64,000 nucleotides of DNA from positions 1,824,001 to 1,888,000 of the forward strand of contig CAVRAY010000001.1 of NCBI GenBank assembly GCA_963719225.1, read 5' to 3'. The stretch's first letter is position 1, and every line of letters begins with the position of its first letter. The notes under the pieces are model-generated. The model ran no database searches and was not told the DNA's origin. It saw only the letters and a list, made by a program, of their open reading frames with translations. Below, one piece after another: positions 27,588-36,715 of the stretch. The DNA is from Thermoanaerobaculia bacterium (lineage in GTDB: Bacteria > Acidobacteriota > Thermoanaerobaculia > UBA5066). The translations under genes and the position numbers were made by a program.

Positions 27588-28336
27588 GCGGAGGCGTCTT
27601 TCGGTCGACCGCGCAGGAATCCGGCGAGTCGCGCAAGCGGCGCCGAGGCGGCGTACGTCACGAGCAGGCCCGCGAGCGCGTACTGGCGGAGCCACCAGAT
27701 GAGGCCGAGGACCGCGGCAAAGAGGAGGAAGTAGAGCCGCCCGCGCCGGGACTTCGTGTCGACGTCCTTGAACGACCGGTACCGGAACGTCGACACCATG
27801 AGGAACGCGAGCACGGCCGTCACGCCGAGGAAAACGGCGCGCAGCGTGTCCGTGAGCGTGGTGTCCGGCACGGCCCAGATGAGCCCGCAGAGCGCGCCCG
27901 CGGCCGACGGGATCGGCAGGCCGACGAACCAGCGCTTGTCGATGACGTGGATCTGCACGTTAAACCGGGCGAGGCGCGACGCCCCGCAAACGACGAAGAG
28001 GAACGAGACGACCAGCCCCGCGCGGCCGAAGCCCGTGAGCCCCCACCGGTAGACGAGAAATGCGGGCGCGACGCCGAAGCTCACGATGTCCGCGAGGGAG
28101 TCGAGCTGCTCGCCGAACGCCGACGTCGTCCCCGTCCAACGCGCGATGCGTCCGTCCAGGCCGTCCAGAATGGCCGCGAGGAACACGAGCTTCGCGGCGT
28201 ACTCGAAGGCGCCCTGTGTGGACGCATCGATCGACAGGTATCCGCAGAGAATGTTTCCCGCGGTGAAGAGCGCGGGCAGCGCATAGACCCCTCGGCGCAC
28301 CCCGCGCCGCGGGGCGGACGAAGGCGAATCGGTCAA
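27584..28336 (-). CDS. pssA: CDP-diacylglycerol--serine O-phosphatidyltransferase
   Basis: LPALFTAGN, DGLDGRIARWTGTTSAFGEQLDSLADIVSFGVAP, RLARFN and FVGLPIP. Confidence 0.93.
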   Translation of the reverse strand: MTDSPSSAPRRGVRRGVYALPALFTAGNILCGYLSIDASTQGAFEYAAKLVFLAAILDGLDGRIARWTGTTSAFGEQLDSLADIVSFGVAPAFLVYRWGLTGFGRAGLVVSFLFVVCGASRLARFNVQIHVIDKRWFVGLPIPSAAGALCGLIWAVPDTTLTDTLRAVFLGVTAVLAFLMVSTFRYRSFKDVDTKSRRGRLYFLLFAAVLGLIWWLRQYALAGLLVTYAASAPLARLAGFLRGRPKDASA

Positions 28337-28343
28337 AGGGGGC

Positions 28344-28586
28344 CTAGTGGGCCGAGACGCGCGCGCGGTGCTCGCGCACGATCTCTTCCATCCGGTCTTT
28401 CAGGTGCAGTTTGTGTTTCTTCAGGCGCTTCTCCTCGATCTCTTCGTCCGTGGAGAGGAAAGTCTTCGAGGCGAGCTCGGCGAGCCGCTTTTCGTGATCG
28501 TGATGGTCACGCAGCAGGGTGCGAAATTCCTCGTTCTGGCTCGCGAGCTCGTGCTTGACCTCGTCCGTGATGGTCTGCATCGACAC
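28344..28586 (-). CDS. DUF465/YdcH family small coiled-coil protein
   Basis: EFRTLLRDH...RLKKHKLHLKDRM; GAGGAGG RBS. Confidence 0.85.
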   Translation of the reverse strand: MSMQTITDEVKHELASQNEEFRTLLRDHHDHEKRLAELASKTFLSTDEEIEEKRLKKHKLHLKDRMEEIVREHRARVSAH

Positions 28587-28604
28587 CTCCTCGGGTGAAA
28601 TTGG

Positions 28605-29111
28605 TCAGGAACCGGAGTCTCCCTTCATGGCCGGGGGGCCGTCAAGGCGACGGGGCCCCGAGAGTTTCCGGACCATGACGAGAGCATCCTCTCCGTCGAA
28701 GTAATAGCGCGCGCGGCGCCCGGTCTCGGTGAACCCGAGGCCCGCGTAAAAGGCCTGCGCCCTGTGGTTCGAGACGCGCACCTCGAGGTACATCTCCTCG
28801 GCCTCGACGCGCGAGGCGAACGCGAAGACCTCATCCATGAGCGCCGAGGCGACTCCTTGCCGCCGAAAGACCGGGGCGACCGCGATCTTGTTCACGTGAA
28901 CTTCGCCCCCCGCGTAAGCGCAGAAGACGTAGCCCGCGAGGGCTCCGCCGCAAAGGGCCACGCGGTTGAACCGCCAGGGTGCTCCGATTTCGACCTCGAA
29001 GTACTCGCGCTTCCAGGGCACCGGAAAGGAAATGCGCTCGAGGTCCGCAACCCCGTCGAGGTCCGCGTGGCGCGCGTCCCGCAGCGTCAGGGGCTCCGGA
29101 AGGGCGCTCAC
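28605..29111 (-). CDS. rimI: Ribosomal-protein-alanine N-acetyltransferase
   Basis: LERISFPVPW, IAVAPVFRRQGVA, LEVRVSN and RARYY..EDALVM; downstream of tsaB. Confidence 0.9.
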   Translation of the reverse strand: MSALPEPLTLRDARHADLDGVADLERISFPVPWKREYFEVEIGAPWRFNRVALCGGALAGYVFCAYAGGEVHVNKIAVAPVFRRQGVASALMDEVFAFASRVEAEEMYLEVRVSNHRAQAFYAGLGFTETGRRARYYFDGEDALVMVRKLSGPRRLDGPPAMKGDSGS

Positions 29112-29710
29112 GGAGTTTCCGGGGCCTCCAGGCGGAACCTCTTTTCCTCGGCCGCGCTCGGCCTTCCATAGACGACGGTGTGCGCGCCGCTCCGATCGCA
29201 CGCGGCGAGACGTCCGGCGGCGGCCGCGAGCGGCAGATTCTCCCGTCCGAGATCCACGACGAAACGCCCCCGGGAGGCAGCGTCCGCTTCCACTTCGAGC
29301 CGGGAGCGGGGAGGAACCGCCTCCCCGACGCGGCCAGAGACGCGCTCGGCGGCATGGACGTCGCCCCGGCCGGCATCCAGAACGAAGACGGCGTTCGCGG
29401 GGTCGGGCCTGGCCTCGCCGGCGGCGTCGAACGTCGGAACGAGGACGAGAGAAATGCCGCGCCCCCGGGCAAGCCCGCGTGCGAACGCGAGGCCCGCCCG
29501 CAGCCCGGTGAAGGAACCAGGCCCGGAAACGACGGCGATCCGCTCCAGATCGCGGACGGTCCGGCAGGCGTCGGCGAGAAGAGCCTCCACCGCGGTCGGG
29601 AGGCTTTCGGCCGCGTTGGGAGGAAGAATCCGGACCATCTCGGAGCCGTCAGCGCCTCCGATTGCCAGAGAGGGGAAAGGCGAGGCCGTGTCGAGCGAAA
29701 GGATGAGCAT
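29108..29710 (-). CDS. tsaB: tRNA threonylcarbamoyladenosine biosynthesis protein TsaB
   Basis: ILSLDTA, GPGSFTGLRAG and LDAGRGDV. Confidence 0.92.
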   Translation of the reverse strand: MLILSLDTASPFPSLAIGGADGSEMVRILPPNAAESLPTAVEALLADACRTVRDLERIAVVSGPGSFTGLRAGLAFARGLARGRGISLVLVPTFDAAGEARPDPANAVFVLDAGRGDVHAAERVSGRVGEAVPPRSRLEVEADAASRGRFVVDLGRENLPLAAAAGRLAACDRSGAHTVVYGRPSAAEEKRFRLEAPETP

Positions 29711-29725
29711 CCGCCGCCTCCCCGC

Positions 29726-29737
29726 GATGCTAGCATC
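29726..29737. promoter_or_regulatory. Candidate bidirectional -10 element between divergent tsaB and mutS
   Basis: Perfect palindrome GATGCTAGCATC gives TGcTAGCAT on both strands within a 38-bp intergenic gap. Confidence 0.45.
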
Positions 29738-29748
29738 CCGGCCTCCAC

Positions 29749-32376
29749 ATGCGCGCGACGCCCATGCTCGAGCAGTACTGGGCTCTCAAGCGGGAGGCGG
29801 GTGACGCTCTCCTTCTCTACCGCCTCGGCGATTTCTACGAGATGTTCTTCGAGGATGCCGCCTACGCGGCGCCGCTCCTCGGCCTCGTCCTGACCGCGCG
29901 CCACAAGGACAGTGACGTCGAGGCTCCGATGTGCGGCATTCCCCAGCACTCCCTCGAGCCCTACCTCGCGCGGCTCGTCGCGGCGGGCAAGAAGGTTGCC
30001 ATCAGCGAGCAGACCGAGGCGCCGGCGAAGGGGCGGACTCTCGTGGAACGCAAGATCGTCCGGATCGTCACGCCCGGCACGATCGTGGACCCCGAACGCC
30101 TCGATGCGCGGCGGCCCAACGAGATGGCCGCCGTCACCTGGAACGGCGACGGCGCGGCCGTGTCCACGCTCGACCTTTCGACGGGTGATTTCGTGGTCGT
30201 GAAGCTGTCCGATCGGGCGTCCCTCACGGAGTGGTTGCTGCGCCGGATGCCCCGGGAGCTCGTCGTCTTCCCGTCCGACCGGACCGTGGCCGAGGCACTC
30301 GCGTCGTCTCTCGCCGCATCCGGGGCCGAGGCGCCGTCTCTCACCGCGTTGAGGGAAGAGTCGCCGCGGGGGGCCGGGGCCGTGGACCTCCTGAAACGGC
30401 ATTTCCGCACGGCGACTCTCGAGCCGTTCGGCCTGACCGGGGCGGGCGCGGCCGCCGACGCGGCTGCGGCTTTGCTCTCGTATGCGCGAACGACGCAGCG
30501 CGCCGACTGCGACCACGTGCGCTCGCTGCGGTCCGAGTCGCCCGACGACGGGCTCGTCGTCGACACCGTGACGGCGGGACACCTCGAGCTGTTCCGGTCG
30601 GCGCGTGACGGCGGCTCGAAGGGCACGCTGTTCTCGCTCCTGGATCGCACGGGCACGTCCTTCGGTGCGCGGACGCTCCGGCGTCTCGTCGAAAGGCCGC
30701 TCGGACGGCGCGCCGGCATCGAAGCGCGTCTGGACGGCGTCGAAGAGCTTCAGGAGGACGCGGCGCGTCTCGAGAGTCTCGCCTCGGCGTTCCGGGAGAT
30801 TCCCGATCTCCCGCGCCTCCTCGCGCGCCTCGCGGTCGGCGCCGGCACGCCGCGCGACCTGGCAGCGCTCGGGGGCGGTCTCGTGCGCGCCGGCCGTCTC
30901 GGTACACACCTCGGCGAGGCGCGGGCGCCGATTCTCGCGCCCGGCGGCGACGCCTCGCCCGAAGGGGTGCCGTTCGCGTTGGGCGAATCGATCGCGAGGA
31001 GGGTCGTGCCGGAACCGCCGCTTCATGCGCGCGAAGGTGGGATCTTTCGCGACGGCGTGGATCCCTCCGTGGACGAGGTGCGCGCTCTGCGCCGCGAGTC
31101 CGCGTCGATCCTCGCGCGCATCGAAGGGGCGGAGCGCAGCGCGCGGGGCATCGCGACGCTGCGCGTCAAGTTCAACCAGGTCGTCGGCCACGTCTTCGAG
31201 GTCCCCGCTTCGGCCCGGGCGCGCATCCCGGCGGACGCGCTCAAGAGGCAGACCCTGGCGAACGTGGAGCGCTACGCGACGCCCGAGCTCGTCGAGGTGG
31301 ACGAGAAGCTTCGCTCAGCCGACGCGCGTCTCGCGACCCGAGAGCAGGAGCTGTTTCTCGCGCTCGTTGCCGAGATCGTCGCCGAGTCCGCGCGCATCCT
31401 GGGATCCTGCGCGCGCCTCGGGCTCCTCGACGCGTTCGTCTCGCTCGCGCGCACGGCGCGGGCCGGCGGCTGGGTCCGGCCGCGGGTCGTGGACGAGCCG
31501 GTGCTCGTCGTGGAGGGCGGACGCCATCCCGTCGTGGAAGCGCTGCGGCCGCGCGAGCCCTTCGTCCCGAACGACGCTTCGCTCGGGGGCGACGGCGAGC
31601 ATCTCGTCGTTCTCACAGGCCCGAACATGGGCGGCAAGTCGACGTACCTGAGGCAGAACGCGCTTCTCGTCCTGCTCGCGCACGCGGGCTCTTTCGTGCC
31701 CGCGGTCTCGGCCACGATCGGCCTCACGGACCGCATCTTCACGCGCGTCGGCGCGTCGGACTCGCTCATCAAGGGCGAATCGACTTTCCTCGTGGAGATG
31801 GCCGAAACGGCGCACATCCTGAGGCACGCGACGGCGCACAGCCTCGTCATCCTCGACGAGATCGGGCGCGGCACCTCGACGTTCGACGGGCTCTCGCTCG
31901 CGTGGGCGATCGCCGAGCACCTCCACGACCAGGGAGTCCGGCGCGTGCTTTTCGCGACGCATTACCACGAGCTGACGGAGATGGCGCTCGTGAAGCCCGA
32001 CGTGAAGAACCGCACGATGACCGCGAAGGAATGGAACGGCGAGGTCGTCTTCCTGCGCAAGGTCGCGGACGGCACGGCCGACCGCTCGTACGGCGTGCAG
32101 GTGGCGCGCCTGGCGGGCATCCCGGAAGGCGTGCTCGCGCGGGCTCGCGAGATCCTCGGCAATCTCGAGCGGCAGCAGATGGACGTCGGCGGACGGCCGC
32201 GCCTCGCCGAGCACGCGGGCGAGCCGCCGCCGCCGAACACGCAGCTCGACCTCTTCCGCGGGCAGGGCGAGCTCGTCCTCGACGCGCTCGGCCGCGTGGA
32301 CGTGAACCAGCTCACCCCGCTCGCCGCGCTCCAGCTCCTCGCCTCCTTGCAGCATCGGTTGCGGGGAGAGGAATGA
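29749..32376 (+). CDS. mutS: DNA mismatch repair protein MutS
   Basis: TPMLEQY, GDFYEMF, TGPNMGGKSTYLRQ, STFLVEM, DEIGRGTSTFDG, FATHYHELT and SYGVQVARLAG. Confidence 0.98.
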   Translation: MRATPMLEQYWALKREAGDALLLYRLGDFYEMFFEDAAYAAPLLGLVLTARHKDSDVEAPMCGIPQHSLEPYLARLVAAGKKVAISEQTEAPAKGRTLVERKIVRIVTPGTIVDPERLDARRPNEMAAVTWNGDGAAVSTLDLSTGDFVVVKLSDRASLTEWLLRRMPRELVVFPSDRTVAEALASSLAASGAEAPSLTALREESPRGAGAVDLLKRHFRTATLEPFGLTGAGAAADAAAALLSYARTTQRADCDHVRSLRSESPDDGLVVDTVTAGHLELFRSARDGGSKGTLFSLLDRTGTSFGARTLRRLVERPLGRRAGIEARLDGVEELQEDAARLESLASAFREIPDLPRLLARLAVGAGTPRDLAALGGGLVRAGRLGTHLGEARAPILAPGGDASPEGVPFALGESIARRVVPEPPLHAREGGIFRDGVDPSVDEVRALRRESASILARIEGAERSARGIATLRVKFNQVVGHVFEVPASARARIPADALKRQTLANVERYATPELVEVDEKLRSADARLATREQELFLALVAEIVAESARILGSCARLGLLDAFVSLARTARAGGWVRPRVVDEPVLVVEGGRHPVVEALRPREPFVPNDASLGGDGEHLVVLTGPNMGGKSTYLRQNALLVLLAHAGSFVPAVSATIGLTDRIFTRVGASDSLIKGESTFLVEMAETAHILRHATAHSLVILDEIGRGTSTFDGLSLAWAIAEHLHDQGVRRVLFATHYHELTEMALVKPDVKNRTMTAKEWNGEVVFLRKVADGTADRSYGVQVARLAGIPEGVLARAREILGNLERQQMDVGGRPRLAEHAGEPPPPNTQLDLFRGQGELVLDALGRVDVNQLTPLAALQLLASLQHRLRGEE

Positions 32377-32565
32377 AGAGAAGAAAGAAAGTTTTGTTTC
32401 GGAAAAGAGAAGAGAAGAAAGAATTGCTTAGAAGGTGAATAGGGCTTCGGATTCGCCGTCGCGGTTCGTGGTTGGTCTGAGCGGCCCCCAGCTCTCGGAT
32501 TCGGAGCGCACATTGCTCGTTGCGCTTCGGCCGCTCGGCATCTTTCTTTCTAAGCAGAATCTCCA
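32373..32565. repeat. Cluster C of the dispersed motif (mutS/nagZ junction and nagZ 5' end)
   Basis: Forward GTTTTGTTTCGGAAAAGAGAAGAG at 32391-32414 and AGAATTGCTTAGAAGGTGAAT at 32420-32440; reverse AGATTCTGCTTAGAAA at 32562-32547. Confidence 0.7.
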
Positions 32566-33511
32566 AACTCCCTCACAGAGTGCGTCGCTGCTGGAGGCGT
32601 TGAGACGGTTGTATTTCCCCGCGCCCCTCCTCTTCATCTCCCAGGAAGGCGGGAGCGAGGATCCCATCGGGCCGCTTCTCGGAACCCCGTGCGCGTCGGC
32701 CGCTGCGTGCGCGGCGGCGGGGACGGACCGCGTGCACGAGAACGCGTACCTCATGGGGCGCGCCGCGCGGCTCCTGGGCTTCGACGTGAATCTGGCTCCG
32801 GTGCTGGACCTTGCGCAGCCGGGCACGGGCGCCGTCGTCCTCGAAGGACGTTGCTTCGGCTTTCACGCCGAGGACGTCGTGCTCTCGGGGATGATGTTCC
32901 TGCACGGGCTCGCGCGCGCGGGCCTCGCGACCGCGGTGAAGCATTTTCCCGGGCTCGGCCGTGCGGGGATGGACACCCGTGTCGCGCGGCCCGCCGTGGA
33001 TGCCCACGACGTGGACCTCATGGTGACCGACGTCGCGCCCTTCACGAAGCTCGCACGGGGCGCGGACGCCGTCGTCGTGGGGCACGCGGCATACCCCGGC
33101 TTCACGGGTGATGACACCCCCGCGTCCCTTTCACCGAAGCTCCTTGGGATCCTGCGCGGTGCCGTCCGCTTCGAGGGCGTCTCGCTCGCGGACGACCTCG
33201 TGAAGGGCGCCCTCGAGGGGACGCTTCCGGAGCGTGCAGAGCGGGCCGCCCGGGCCGGCTGCGACGCGCTCATCGTCTCGACAGGCAGCGATGCGTGGGA
33301 AGAGTGTGCCGCGCGCGTCGCCGCCCTCGGCGAGGACCCCGCGCGCGACGCCCGCTTCGCGACTCTCCGCCGCCGTGTCGCGGACGCACCGCGTCCGCGG
33401 TTCGACGAAGAGGCGTGGAAGAAGCTGGCAGAGGAGGCCGCTGCCTTCAGTGAACTGCTCAGCAAGCCGAGAAAAAAGAGAGAAGAGAAGGATCTATTCG
33501 GATTTTCTTAG
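32435..33511 (+). CDS. GH3 beta-N-acetylhexosaminidase (NagZ-like), atypical active site
   Basis: QEGG, GFDVNLAPVLD, KHFPGLG, PASLS, ADDL and AGCD. Confidence 0.8.
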   Translation: MNRASDSPSRFVVGLSGPQLSDSERTLLVALRPLGIFLSKQNLQTPSQSASLLEALRRLYFPAPLLFISQEGGSEDPIGPLLGTPCASAAACAAAGTDRVHENAYLMGRAARLLGFDVNLAPVLDLAQPGTGAVVLEGRCFGFHAEDVVLSGMMFLHGLARAGLATAVKHFPGLGRAGMDTRVARPAVDAHDVDLMVTDVAPFTKLARGADAVVVGHAAYPGFTGDDTPASLSPKLLGILRGAVRFEGVSLADDLVKGALEGTLPERAERAARAGCDALIVSTGSDAWEECAARVAALGEDPARDARFATLRRRVADAPRPRFDEEAWKKLAEEAAAFSELLSKPRKKREEKDLFGFS

Positions 33512-33572
33512 AAAGGGGTTTTCCTCTTCACCTCCTAAGAAATCTTTTCTTAATCTTCTCTTTCTCTTCGTC
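33470..33572. repeat. Cluster D of the dispersed motif (convergent pair between nagZ-like and ssb)
   Basis: Forward GATTTTCTTAGAAAGGGG at 33501-33518; reverse AGATTTCTTAGGAGGTGAAGAG at 33545-33524. Each has its own purine-rich leader. Confidence 0.72.
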
Positions 33573-33574
33573 TT

Positions 33575-34006
33575 CTAGAACGGCACGTCGTCGTCGGCAT
33601 CGCCGCCGCCCGCTGCGGCGTCCGGCACCGCCGGCGTCGAAGCGCCGGAGGTGCCGCCGGCATCGGGGCGGCCGCCCAGCATCTTCATGTCGCGCGCCTT
33701 GATCTCGGTGGCGTAGCGCTTCTGGCCGCTCTCCTTGTCGTCCCACGTGCGCGTCTGGAGCGCGCCTTCGATGTAGACGAGGCGGCCCTTCGACAGGTAC
33801 CGCTCGCAGATGCTCGCGAGCTTGTCGAACGCGATGACCGTGTGCCACTCGGTCTTCTCCTGCTTCTGTCCGCTCGCGCGGTCGTTCCACGTTTCCGTCG
33901 TGGCGATGCGCAGCCGCGCGATGGGCACTCCGCCAGTGGTGGCGCGCATTTCCGGGTCGGCCCCGAGGTGGCCGATGAGGATCACCTTGTTCACGGATCC
34001 AGCCAT
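33575..34006 (-). CDS. ssb: Single-stranded DNA-binding protein
   Basis: SVNKVILIGHLGADPE, EKTEWH, VYIEGALQTRTW and C-terminal DDDVPF. Confidence 0.97.
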   Translation of the reverse strand: MAGSVNKVILIGHLGADPEMRATTGGVPIARLRIATTETWNDRASGQKQEKTEWHTVIAFDKLASICERYLSKGRLVYIEGALQTRTWDDKESGQKRYATEIKARDMKMLGGRPDAGGTSGASTPAVPDAAAGGGDADDDVPF

Positions 34007-34046
34007 GTCCGTCCTCCGATCGTTCGGATCCTACAATCGGTCCGGT

Positions 34047-35609
34047 TTGAGCGAAACGCGGAAGCTGGTCCGGTCGGCCTGGGGCATCACCGCATGGACG
34101 GCGGTATCACGGGCGGCGGGCGTCCTGCGCGACGCGACGATCGCCCGCTTCCTCGGCGCGTCGGCCTTGTCGGACGCGTTCTACACGGCCTTCCGCATCC
34201 CGAACACGTTCCGGGCGATCGTGGGGGAGGGCGGCCTTCCGGGCGCCTTCGTGCCCATCGCGAAGAAAGTCGAGCGCGAGCGGCCGGGCGAGGAGGGCGT
34301 CTACGCAGGCCGCGTCCTGGCCCTGCTCCTCTGCGTCCTCGTCGCGCTCGTGGCTCTCGGGATCCTCTTTGCCGGCTCGATCGTCGCCCTCTTCGCGAAC
34401 GGCTTCAAGACGACGCCCGGGAAGTTCGAGCTGACCGTGCGCTTGACGCGCTGGATGTTCCCGTACGTCCTCCTCGTTTCCGCCGCGGCCCTCCTCGAGG
34501 CCTACCTGAACGCGAAGGGCTTCTTCCAGCTGTCGGCTGCCACCCCCATCGCCTGGAACCTCGCGATCGTCGCCGCCGCGTGGGCTCTCGCGCCCGCCGG
34601 CGTCTCGCCGCTCACGGCGCTCACGGTCGGCGTCCTCGTGGGCGGTTTTCTCCAGGTCGCTCTGCAGGGGCCCGCCGTGCGGCGGCTCGGCCTGCGCTTC
34701 TCGGGCTCGCCGTTCCGCGACAAGGAAGTGAAGCGGACGGCTCTTCAGATCGCCCCGCGCCTCTATGGCTACGGCGTCGGCCAGCTCTCGTTCCTCGTGT
34801 CGACCCGCACGCTCGCGGCGCTCGGAGACGCTTTCGTGACGTACAACTTCTGCGCGTGGCGCGTCACGGACTTCGTCCTCGGCGGATTCGTCGTCTCGAT
34901 CACGCGGGCGATCCTGCCGTCCCTCTCGGACCAGGCGCTCGAGTCGGACCGGACGGCCTACCGCGGCACGATCGCGTTTGCGCTGCGGCTCATCGGCTTC
35001 ATCACGATCCCCTCGACGGTGGGGCTCTGGCTCCTCGCGACGCCGCTCATCGACGTCGTCTTCCGCCGGGGCCGCTTCGGGGCGGCAGACGTGGACATGA
35101 CGGCCCTCGCGGTCGGCTTCTTCGCGCTCGGCCTCTTCGCGGCTGCGGGAGTGAAGGTGCTCACGCAGGCTTTCTACGCGCTCCACGACACCCGCACGCC
35201 GGTTTTCGTTGCCACGTTCGACCTCGCCGTGTTTTGGGCGCTCTGCGTCGCGCTCGCGGGCCCGATGCGCCACGCGGGGGTCGCGCTCGCGACGGCGGCG
35301 GGCTTCTGGATCAACTTCCTCGCGCTTCTGGCCCTCCTGAGGAAGCGGCTCGGGAGGCTCGGGGGGCGCGCGATCGGGACCGGACTCTTCCGGTTGGCGC
35401 TCGCGAGCCTCGGGATGGGGGCGATCGTGTGGGCGGTCTCGGAGAAGCTTCTGCCTTACCGGGTGGTCTGGGGCCTGCCGCTCCGGATCGGCTGGGTCGG
35501 TGCCGTCGCGGCGTTCGGTGCGGTGACGTTCGTCGCCTTCGCGAAGCTCCTCGGCGCGCCGGAAGTCGACGAGGTCCTGGGTGCATTCCGGAAGAAACAG
35601 GCAGCGTGA
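34047..35609 (+). CDS. murJ: Lipid II flippase MurJ (MviN)
   Basis: SRAAGVLRD, DAFYTAFRIPNTFR..GEG, AFVP and FYALHDTRTP. Start TTG 34047 assumed. Confidence 0.93.
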   Translation: MSETRKLVRSAWGITAWTAVSRAAGVLRDATIARFLGASALSDAFYTAFRIPNTFRAIVGEGGLPGAFVPIAKKVERERPGEEGVYAGRVLALLLCVLVALVALGILFAGSIVALFANGFKTTPGKFELTVRLTRWMFPYVLLVSAAALLEAYLNAKGFFQLSAATPIAWNLAIVAAAWALAPAGVSPLTALTVGVLVGGFLQVALQGPAVRRLGLRFSGSPFRDKEVKRTALQIAPRLYGYGVGQLSFLVSTRTLAALGDAFVTYNFCAWRVTDFVLGGFVVSITRAILPSLSDQALESDRTAYRGTIAFALRLIGFITIPSTVGLWLLATPLIDVVFRRGRFGAADVDMTALAVGFFALGLFAAAGVKVLTQAFYALHDTRTPVFVATFDLAVFWALCVALAGPMRHAGVALATAAGFWINFLALLALLRKRLGRLGGRAIGTGLFRLALASLGMGAIVWAVSEKLLPYRVVWGLPLRIGWVGAVAAFGAVTFVAFAKLLGAPEVDEVLGAFRKKQAA

Positions 35610-35635
35610 AGACCAGCCGCCCATTTGACGGGCTC

Positions 35636-35672
35636 TTGACCGAGGACGCCTGACCATATATGGTAGCCATAT
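35636..35672 (+). promoter_or_regulatory. Promoter/operator of the vapBC operon
   Basis: TTGACC (35636-35641), 17 nt, TATGGT (35659-35664). The palindrome ACCATATATGGT (35653-35664) overlaps the -10, as in autoregulated TA operons. Confidence 0.65.
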
Positions 35673-35907
35673 GTCCTCCACCTTGAAGACGACTGTCTAT
35701 CTCGATGCGACTGAATATCGGAAGCTGAAGACGATTGCCCGGGACGCGGGGAGGGCGCCCGCCGAGCTGATCCGCGAGGCTGTCTCCGAATACGCGAAGC
35801 GTCACGGGCGCAGGCGGCTTCCCACGAGCCTCGGGGCGGGGCGCGGAAGCTCCGAAGATGCGGGCGAACGCGCCGAAGAGCTCCTGACCGGCTTCGGCCG
35901 CTCCTGA
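35671..35907 (+). CDS. vapB: Ribbon-helix-helix (CopG-type) antitoxin
   Basis: KTTVYLD...LKTIARDAGRAPAELIREAVSEY; overlaps the PIN gene by one base. Confidence 0.85.
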   Translation: MSSTLKTTVYLDATEYRKLKTIARDAGRAPAELIREAVSEYAKRHGRRRLPTSLGAGRGSSEDAGERAEELLTGFGRS

Positions 35908-36320
35908 TGATCGTCGCCGACACGGGAGCCGTATACGCCCTCGTCGACTCACGGGATCGAAACTACCGAATCCTCCGAGCCCTTTTCGAGTCCGATCCGG
36001 ACGCCTGGGTCCTTCCCTGGGCGATTCTTCCCGAGGTGGACTACCTCGTCGGAAAACGTCTTGGAAAGAAAGTCGAGGAAGCCTTCTTGGGGGATCTCGC
36101 AGATGGGCGTTTTGCGGTGGCCTGGGGAGACGAAGGAGATCTGGCCGAAGCGTTCCGCATCTGCCGACGGCATCGCGCCTTGAATCTCGGCCTCGTGGAT
36201 GCGGTGGTCATGGCGGTCGCCGAGCGGCTCGAGGCCACCGCCATCGCGACGCTCGACGTTCGCGATTTCGGCGCCGTGAAGTTGAAGGGCGAGCCGAAGC
36301 TATATCCCAGGGACCTCTAA
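35907..36320 (+). CDS. vapC: PIN-domain toxin
   Basis: IVADTG, ILPEV, LGLVDA and IATLDVRDF acidic PIN residues; locally lower GC. Confidence 0.9.
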   Translation: MIVADTGAVYALVDSRDRNYRILRALFESDPDAWVLPWAILPEVDYLVGKRLGKKVEEAFLGDLADGRFAVAWGDEGDLAEAFRICRRHRALNLGLVDAVVMAVAERLEATAIATLDVRDFGAVKLKGEPKLYPRDL

Positions 36321-36345
36321 ACTCGAGCCGTCACGCGAGGCGAGA

Positions 36346-36708
36346 ATGATCGACAAAATCAATCTCCGCGAGAAGTTGGCGCGGTTCACGGCCCGCTGGG
36401 ATCCGAAGATCGTGGCCGAGCTGAATGGCCAGCACGTGAAGCTCGTGAAGTTCGAAGGGCCTTTCATCTGGCACCGACACGAAAACGAGGACGAGCTCTT
36501 CCTCGTCGTCGAGGGGGAGTTCGTGATGGAGTTCCGCGACGGCTCGATTCCGATTCGCGCGGGCGAGCTCATCGTCGTGCCGCGCGGCACCGAGCACCGG
36601 CCGGTCGCCGCAAAGGAAGTCCACGTTCTCCTCTTCGAGCCCGTCTCGACGGTCAACACCGGAGACGCCGGCGGAGAGAGGACCGTGGCCGCGCCGGAAC
36701 GGATCTGA
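36346..36708 (+). CDS. Cupin domain protein
   Basis: FIWHRHENEDELFLV and IVVPRGTEHRP. Confidence 0.9.
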   Translation: MIDKINLREKLARFTARWDPKIVAELNGQHVKLVKFEGPFIWHRHENEDELFLVVEGEFVMEFRDGSIPIRAGELIVVPRGTEHRPVAAKEVHVLLFEPVSTVNTGDAGGERTVAAPERI

Positions 36709-36715
36709 TCAACCC

